Below the pieces are notes generated by a model. The model ran no database searches. It saw only the letters and a program-made list of their open reading frames with translations, and was not told the DNA's origin. DNA of 64,000 nucleotides from positions 12,589 through 76,588 of the forward strand of contig CAIWVW010000143.1 of the NCBI GenBank assembly GCA_903916255.1, written 5' to 3'. The DNA is from an uncultured Bacteroidota bacterium. GTDB taxonomy: Bacteria; Bacteroidota; Bacteroidia; JABEUT01. Position numbers and translations under genes: made by a program. Position 1 is the stretch's first letter; every line of letters begins with the position of its first letter. Positions 58,111 through 64,000 of this stretch are shown here, in pieces.

Positions 58111-59721
58111 CTATTTCATTAACTTATATGAAAGAACCAGCCTAACGCCGCTGTTCCTTTCATATTGATTGATGCCGGGGAAGGATTTATTTTCAATATA
58201 ATTAACACCAAAATAATATTCGGGCCTTATTCCGAGCCTGCTTGTAATCATATAGGTATAGGAACCCGTAAACTGAAAATCGTAATTCGAGAACCCTTGC
58301 GTATATCCGTTCTGCATAGTTGAACTACCTGCCTCCTGCCCGAAAGGAGATTGCTGGTAGGCTGTAAGGGTACTTGCTGTTGTTAGCATAAACAGGAAAT
58401 CGAGCCCAATACTGAACATATTTTTATCGTTAATATTAACTTGGAATTTGAAGGGCATCGTAAGGTAATAAATACGCTGAGGCGTTACCGTGGTAACATC
58501 GGCGTTCTGCCCAAAGTCATATTGAATGATGCTGCTTGTATATGTTTTGTCCAGTTTATTCAATTCGGAATAACCTAATCCGACTGATGCCGAGTACCTG
58601 TAATTAAAGTAATGCGTGTATATAAAACCACCTAATGGGGTAATGCCGCTCCCTTCTTGAGTTCCATTGTTTTTCCATCCGAAAGAATAATTGCCTCCTG
58701 CATATACAGATAAAATATTGGCATCATAATCGGGCACATAAGGCTGCTCCGTACCCGGAAGTGTTAACCGTTCCACAGCCATAATGGTATCGCGTTTTAT
58801 GGTCGGCAAACTATTACTGCTCCCGCTCCGTGAATTATTTTTAGCAACTGCACCCTTATCTTTTTTAGTTACTTTTAAATTTGCAGTTTTATTATAGTTT
58901 TTATTCGCAGTTGGGTTAACAGTACCAGTAGTAGTTGAATTTTTTGGGCTGGAATTATTATCTGCAACAATATTATTTGCCGGCGAAGGATTGCTTGCTA
59001 TGGGCGGTGCAGGTGCATTACCTTCCTTTGGCTTATCAACAGGATTATTTTGTGGAGAATTTATCGGCTGTATATTATCCTTATTATCCACTGGTACCGC
59101 ATTCACATCTGCTATCGAAGTTTTTTCAGGGTTTGCATTCGTTGGAGTTATAGCATCTGTGTTGGCAGATGTTTTATTTATTTTTCCGGCAGAAGCACTA
59201 GTAACCGGTTTAGTTAAATGACGGGCTTGCGTCTCTATGTTGGGGTTGCCGCTATTATTATCAGCTATAAAAACAGGTACTGTTTTGGATTTTTTGTGCG
59301 GCACTTTTGTACTTGCCGAAGCGGCCCTTATGCCCGTGCTGTTATCCTTCTTGACAAAAGCAGATTGCACGGGCAGGGGCGCCTTCACATCGTTGGAACT
59401 ATTTTGTATTATTATATTACCATTTGTTTGACTACCGGGAGCGGCAATAGCATTATGCACAACCTGTGGTTGGCCTATATTCTGTTGGGAAGTTTGCGGA
59501 TTATTTGAAGAAGTTCGGTTATTAAGAACAAATGGTACCATTACAGCAACACCCAAAAAAAGCCCGGCGGAGAAAACGAGGGATACTCGTTTTATTCTGA
59601 CCCATCTTTCCTGCTTAATAATTAAACGCTCTGCCTCATCCCAGTTCAACTCATCGAAAGGGAACTCCCTTTCCGACAGCTTGGAATTTATCAACTCGTC
59701 AAATTTCTGTTCTTCGTTCAT
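58111..59721 (-). CDS. Putative anti-sigma factor: cytoplasmic N-domain, TM helix, low-complexity linker and C-terminal outer-membrane beta-barrel-like domain
   Basis: N-terminal FDELINSKL...NWDEAE; TM VSLVFSAGLFLGVAVMVPFVL; N/S/T/P/K-rich linker; beta-strand C-domain ending GVRLVLSYKLMK; directly after the ECF sigma. Confidence 0.65.
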   Translation of the reverse strand: MNEEQKFDELINSKLSEREFPFDELNWDEAERLIIKQERWVRIKRVSLVFSAGLFLGVAVMVPFVLNNRTSSNNPQTSQQNIGQPQVVHNAIAAPGSQTNGNIIIQNSSNDVKAPLPVQSAFVKKDNSTGIRAASASTKVPHKKSKTVPVFIADNNSGNPNIETQARHLTKPVTSASAGKINKTSANTDAITPTNANPEKTSIADVNAVPVDNKDNIQPINSPQNNPVDKPKEGNAPAPPIASNPSPANNIVADNNSSPKNSTTTGTVNPTANKNYNKTANLKVTKKDKGAVAKNNSRSGSSNSLPTIKRDTIMAVERLTLPGTEQPYVPDYDANILSVYAGGNYSFGWKNNGTQEGSGITPLGGFIYTHYFNYRYSASVGLGYSELNKLDKTYTSSIIQYDFGQNADVTTVTPQRIYYLTMPFKFQVNINDKNMFSIGLDFLFMLTTASTLTAYQQSPFGQEAGSSTMQNGYTQGFSNYDFQFTGSYTYMITSRLGIRPEYYFGVNYIENKSFPGINQYERNSGVRLVLSYKLMK

Positions 59722-59724
59722 ATC

Positions 59725-60264
59725 TTACATGGCCTTCGCCAACTTTTCTTTTAATTGTTCTCTTGAATTATGCAGGTGCCATTTCGATGTGCCTTCCGTT
59801 ATACCCAGCATAATTGCAATTTCTTTATGTTCAAATCCATCAATCACAAACAAATTAAATACTTTTTGGCTCATTGGAGGCAGTTCCATAATCAGTTTGT
59901 GGATTCGTTCCGCATCCATTTTCGCTATCGCATTATTTAACTCTACCAAAGGTGCCTGTTCCGCATAATCCTTAACCATTTGTACGTTTTCATGGTCTTT
60001 CTTTTTCTTGCGGTATTCATCTATCAGCACATTCACCATTATTTTTCGAATCCAGGCTTTAAATGGTACATCCGCCCGGTACTTTTCCATATTGTTCAAT
60101 ATCTTCAAAAATCCTGTGTTCAATGCCTCATTTGCCTCCTCGTATGAATGGGTATAACGCACACAGATACTCATCAAATACCTAAATACCAGCTTGTAAA
60201 GCTCATACTGAGCCTTCCTCTCCTTCCTGATGCAAGCAGTAATTAAGTCGATTTCTATGTTCAT
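59725..60264 (-). CDS. ECF RNA polymerase sigma factor
   Basis: AQYELY, FKAWIRKIMVN (region 2), LPPMSQKVFNLFVIDGFEHKEIAIMLGITEGTSKWHL (region 4). Confidence 0.95.
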   Translation of the reverse strand: MNIEIDLITACIRKERKAQYELYKLVFRYLMSICVRYTHSYEEANEALNTGFLKILNNMEKYRADVPFKAWIRKIMVNVLIDEYRKKKKDHENVQMVKDYAEQAPLVELNNAIAKMDAERIHKLIMELPPMSQKVFNLFVIDGFEHKEIAIMLGITEGTSKWHLHNSREQLKEKLAKAM

Positions 60265-60297
60265 TCGAAAAGGCTTTGCCGGCTTATTTTAATTACT

Positions 60298-60325
60298 AAT
60301 ACGCCCATGTAAGTCCAAAGGTTGG
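60298..60325 (-). promoter_or_regulatory. Candidate autoregulatory ECF promoter
   Basis: Minus strand ccAACC-tttggacttacatggg (16 nt)-CGTatt, matching the AAC...CGT ECF pattern, ~36 nt upstream of the sigma ATG. Confidence 0.6.
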
Positions 60326-60386
60326 GGAAGCTAATGCAATATAGTTAAGAATTTTATATCAGATTGACAATCAACAACAAATTTTA

Positions 60387-61124
60387 TTACTGATTAAGTG
60401 TCTTTAAGCTTATAGCTGCTGATAATGCAGCGGTTTCAGTCCGCAAGGTCTTTTCATTTAACGAAACAGGGATAAAACCGTTTTCAATTGCCATATCTAC
60501 CTCTTCCTTGGTAAAATCGCCTTCAGGGCCTATTAAAACAAGTGCATTTTCTCCTTTTTTATATACTGATGGAAGACTCTTACGCTCCATATTACTGACA
60601 ACTGACGACTGACTACTGACAACTGAATTGCAATGCGGAATAAATTTTTGTCCGGAAAATGATTTGTACTTATCTATCAGTTTCTCAAATGAAACTAACT
60701 CTTCTATTTCAGGAAGGTATACCCTACCCGATTGCTTCATAGCTTCAATAGCTATCTTATTTAACCTGTCCGTTTTAATGACTCTTCTTTCAGAGTTACT
60801 GCATTCCACCGGAATAAATTTATTGAAACCGATTTCCGTTAGCTTTTCAATCAGCCATTCCATACGCACCATATTTTTGGTGGGTGCAACTGCAATTATT
60901 AATTCCCATGATTGTTCGGGCTCAAAATGTTGATCCCCTACCTTTAACAGGCAGGCTTTGGGATGGGCATTTTCAATTACTGCTTTAAAAAGGTTGCCTT
61001 TGCCATCCGTAATTTCAACCTCATCATTTTCTTTCAGGCGCAACACCCGAACACAATGCTTGGATTCCTCTTCATCCAATTTGCAAGTTTCTCCGGATAC
61101 TAATGGAATGTAGAATCTGTGCAT
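60387..61124 (-). CDS. rsmE: 16S rRNA m3U1498 methyltransferase
   Basis: HCVRVLRL, EKLTEIG, EAMKQS, LIGPEGDF, LRTETAA. Confidence 0.95.
   Translation of the reverse strand: MHRFYIPLVSGETCKLDEEESKHCVRVLRLKENDEVEITDGKGNLFKAVIENAHPKACLLKVGDQHFEPEQSWELIIAVAPTKNMVRMEWLIEKLTEIGFNKFIPVECSNSERRVIKTDRLNKIAIEAMKQSGRVYLPEIEELVSFEKLIDKYKSFSGQKFIPHCNSVVSSQSSVVSNMERKSLPSVYKKGENALVLIGPEGDFTKEEVDMAIENGFIPVSLNEKTLRTETAALSAAISLKTLNQ
60594..60628. repeat. Five-unit heptamer tandem repeat (ACTGAC/A-N) inside rsmE
   Basis: actgaca actgacg actgact actgaca actgaat; encodes SVVSSQSSVVS. Confidence 0.85.
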
Positions 61125-61132
61125 TGTTTTAA

Positions 61133-61210
61133 ATTAGTAATTAATAATTAGTAATTAGTAATCAAAAGCCAATTCATGGAATTATTAATTACTAATTATT
61201 AATTACTAAT
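61133..61210. repeat. 30-bp inverted repeat built from TAATTA(G/A) heptamers between lepA and rsmE
   Basis: 61133-61162 matches the reverse complement of 61181-61210 at 29/30 positions; 18-nt spacer. Confidence 0.85.
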
Positions 61211-63003
61211 TAAAGTTTGAGTACAGCCATGAAAGCCGATTGCGGAATTTCCACATTACCCACCTGCTTCATGCGCTTTTTACCTTTTTTCTGCTTTTCC
61301 AACAGTTTGCGTTTACGGGAAATATCACCTCCGTAGCACTTAGCAGTTACGTCTTTCCGAATAGCACTGATATTTTCTCTGGCGATAATTTTGGCTCCTA
61401 TGGCTGCCTGTATGGCAATCTGGAATTGCTGACGGGGAATAAGTTCCTTTAGTTTTTCACAAATCTTTCTTCCAAATTCCTGGGCATGGTCACGGTGAAT
61501 CAATGCTGCTAAGGCATCTACTAATTCACCATTTAAAATTATATCCAGTTTTACTAATTCAGATTGCCTATAGTCAATAGGAGTATAGTCAAACGAAGCA
61601 TATCCCTTGGAAATACTCTTCAGCCTATCGTAAAAATCAAATACTATTTCAGCTAACGGCATTTCAAAAACCATTTCCACACGGTCGGTAGTAAGGTAAT
61701 GCTGGTTTTTAATAAATCCTCTTTTTTCAATACAGAGCGACATAATAGAGCCGACAAACTCCGTTTTGGTAATAATATTGGCCTGAATATAAGGTTCCTC
61801 CACATGGTCGAGCATAGTGGGGTCGGGCATATCGCTGGGGTTGTTTATAATCAGCATCTCCCCCTTGGTATCATACGCTTTATAAGATACGTTAGGAACG
61901 GTGGTAATTACATTCATATTGAACTCCCTGTCCAAACGCTCCTGAATAATTTCCAAATGCAGCATTCCTAAAAACCCGCAACGGAAGCCAAATCCAAGCG
62001 CAGCAGTGGATTCAGGTTCATATACAAGCGCAGCATCATTCAGTTGCAGTTTGCCCATAGCGCTACGCAATTCTTCGTAATCATCGGTATCAATTGGGTA
62101 GATTCCCGCAAACACCATCGGTTTCACTTCCTTAAAGCCATGAATGCCTTCCTGGCAAGGATTGGCAACGGTGGTTATTGTATCACCCACCCGGACTTCC
62201 TTGGCAGCTTTAATCCCTGAAATAATGTATCCTACATCACCCGCACTTACTTCTTTGCGAGGTTCATAAGCCAATCGCTGCACACCGACTTCCTCTGCAA
62301 TATATTCCGTTTCGGTAGAGACAAATTTTACTAAATCGCTTTTCTTAATGGTACCGTTCACTACTTTGTAGTAAGCCACAATACCACGGAAAATATTAAA
62401 TACCGAGTCAAATATAAGTGCTTGCAACGGTGCATTAGGGTCGCCCTTTGGCGCAGGAATACGTTCAATAATAGCTTCTAAAACCTCATTTACACCTTGT
62501 CCGGTTTTACCGCTTGCATGTAATATTTCTTCCCTGCGGCACCCAATAATTTCAACCATCTGGTCTTTTACCTCTTCAATCATGGCATTAGGCATATCCA
62601 CTTTGTTGAGAACAGGGATAACGGTTAGGTCATTGTCTAATGCTAAATATAAGTTTGATATGGTTTGAGCCTGTATGCCTTGGGTCGAATCAACCAACAA
62701 CAAAGCCCCTTCGCAAGCGGCAATAGAGCGTGATACTTCATATGAAAAATCAACGTGCCCGGGGGTATCAATAAGATTCAGTACATATTTTTGCCCCTTA
62801 TGTGTAAAATCCATTTGGATAGCATGGCTCTTGATGGTGATACCACGTTCACGCTCCAAATCCATGTCATCCAGAATCTGGGCTTGCATATCGCGTCCGC
62901 TGATGGTCTTGGTAAACTCCAACAGCCTGTCAGCCAGGGTACTTTTACCATGGTCAATGTGTGCAATGATGCAAAAATTACGTATGTTTTCCATTTTCGA
63001 CAT
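61210..63003 (-). CDS. lepA: Translation elongation factor 4
   Basis: [61 protein letters not shown]. Confidence 0.98.
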   Translation of the reverse strand: MSKMENIRNFCIIAHIDHGKSTLADRLLEFTKTISGRDMQAQILDDMDLERERGITIKSHAIQMDFTHKGQKYVLNLIDTPGHVDFSYEVSRSIAACEGALLLVDSTQGIQAQTISNLYLALDNDLTVIPVLNKVDMPNAMIEEVKDQMVEIIGCRREEILHASGKTGQGVNEVLEAIIERIPAPKGDPNAPLQALIFDSVFNIFRGIVAYYKVVNGTIKKSDLVKFVSTETEYIAEEVGVQRLAYEPRKEVSAGDVGYIISGIKAAKEVRVGDTITTVANPCQEGIHGFKEVKPMVFAGIYPIDTDDYEELRSAMGKLQLNDAALVYEPESTAALGFGFRCGFLGMLHLEIIQERLDREFNMNVITTVPNVSYKAYDTKGEMLIINNPSDMPDPTMLDHVEEPYIQANIITKTEFVGSIMSLCIEKRGFIKNQHYLTTDRVEMVFEMPLAEIVFDFYDRLKSISKGYASFDYTPIDYRQSELVKLDIILNGELVDALAALIHRDHAQEFGRKICEKLKELIPRQQFQIAIQAAIGAKIIARENISAIRKDVTAKCYGGDISRKRKLLEKQKKGKKRMKQVGNVEIPQSAFMAVLKL

Positions 63004-63067
63004 AGGGCATATTCAATTGGGCGCGCAAAAATAACCTATTTTCCTTAAAAGCCTTACCTTTGCAATA

Positions 63068-63385
63068 ATGAATAATCAGGATACTTTAAATAAAATTAAA
63101 GATACGGTGCATTCTTATCTGCCCGATGCACGGGTGATGCTTTTCGGTTCTCATGCTAAAGGAACCGCAAATAAACATAGCGATTATGATGTTTTGGTAA
63201 TTACCAAGACTACAATGCCCATTAGGGAAAAACGGAATTTAAGAGGAAAAATAAGTTGGGCTTTAGTAGAGAATATTGATGCTCCGTTTGATGTCCTTTG
63301 CCATAGTGAAGAAGAAGTGAATGAATATAAAAACTGGTATGGGCATATTGTCCATTATGCCATGCAAGAGGCGGTTGAATTATGA
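63068..63385 (+). CDS. Minimal nucleotidyltransferase (MNT), antitoxin-like
   Basis: LFGSHAKGTANKHSDYDVLVI (GSx10DxD); TACCTTTG promoter at 63055-63062. Confidence 0.9.
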   Translation: MNNQDTLNKIKDTVHSYLPDARVMLFGSHAKGTANKHSDYDVLVITKTTMPIREKRNLRGKISWALVENIDAPFDVLCHSEEEVNEYKNWYGHIVHYAMQEAVEL

Positions 63386-63771
63386 CGACCAACCCAGAGC
63401 GTGATGTAAATAAGTGGATTGAAAAAGCTGAACATGACATATTAACTGTTCAAACAATAATTGAATACCAACCTTTGGTATTAGATACAGCTTGTTTTCA
63501 TTGCCAACAAGCAGCGGAAAAATATTTGAAAGCCTTTTTGGTTTTCAAAAAACAAGAGATTATTAAAACACATGCTATAGATTTCCTGATTAAACAATGT
63601 GCAAAATTTGATTCTGAGTTTAAAGATATTAATATAAAGGATATTCAAATTTTTGCAATTGATGCGCGTTATCCGGATGACTCCATCGAACCCACGATGG
63701 AGGAAACAAATGAATATCTGCAAATAGTAAATGAAATAAAAGCATTGGTACTGGAAAAAATTAAGGAATGA
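63382..63771 (+). CDS. HEPN domain protein, partner of the MNT
   Basis: WIEKAEHDI, ACFHCQQAAEKYLKAFL, KTHAI, ARYP; ATGA overlap with the MNT stop. Confidence 0.9.
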   Translation: MTTNPERDVNKWIEKAEHDILTVQTIIEYQPLVLDTACFHCQQAAEKYLKAFLVFKKQEIIKTHAIDFLIKQCAKFDSEFKDINIKDIQIFAIDARYPDDSIEPTMEETNEYLQIVNEIKALVLEKIKE

Positions 63772-64000
63772 AACCGCTATTTTTAATTCCTTTAAGTTTT
63801 TTGCTTTTCTCCTTTGTTGGAAATAAGCATAAAAATGACCTTGAATTAAAAAATTTAAAAGGGAAAGTAAAGACTACAATAGAACTTTGGTATCCTGTAA
63901 ATACAAAAACAGGAAAGATGGACACAATTCCTGAAAAGACGATTGAAAATTATGATAGTGAGGGGAACATGTTAAGCAGTAACTCATATCAACAGAATGG
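63768..64000 (+). CDS. Secreted hypothetical protein (YD-repeat-like), N-terminal part, truncated by the window end
   Basis: Manual translation MKPLFLIPLSFLLFSFVGNKHKNDLELKNLKGKVK...ENYDSEGNML; ATG overlaps the HEPN stop; frame open to the window end. Confidence 0.6.
   Translation, partial: MKPLFLIPLSFLLFSFVGNKHKNDLELKNLKGKVKTTIELWYPVNTKTGKMDTIPEKTIENYDSEGNMLSSNSYQQN

Noticed and set aside
60594-61210. CRISPR array
   Set aside because: The repeats are contiguous heptamers with no unique spacers, and there are no cas genes.
806-63723. Many short (60-180 aa) antisense or nested ORFs in the six-frame track
   Set aside because: They overlap well-supported genes on the opposite strand or in another frame and have no recognisable motifs; treated as shadow ORFs.

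Overview
A 64-kb chromosomal window from an aerobic Bacteroidota bacterium, judged from T9SS C-terminal sorting domains, many TAnnTTTG -7 promoter elements, a PorY-like kinase and HemF. Most of it is housekeeping (eno, mnmE, tRNA-Arg, metG, hemF, hemW, tsaD, tamB-like, valS, rsmE, lepA), with T9SS cargo genes, a beta-propeller kinase/NarL two-component pair, an ECF sigma module and an MNT-HEPN pair. The standout is a ~17.5-kb accessory cluster (32675-50129). It encodes five paralogous JmjC (FIH/cupin_8-like) Fe(II)/2OG enzymes, an AspH-like oxygenase, two sulfotransferases, two AT3 acyltransferases, a Wzx-like flippase, two KAS III, an ACP, a ketoreductase-like SDR, a GT2 and a GNAT. Three JmjC paralogs replace the iron-binding carboxylate with Ala (H-N-A...H), the signature of radical halogenases, while the other two keep H-x-E. 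I infer a candidate pathway for a halogenated and sulfated envelope lipid or acyl-glycan built by JmjC-fold halogenases; one of these genes also carries a G10 tract that could phase-vary. All functional calls come from motif recognition only; no searches were run.
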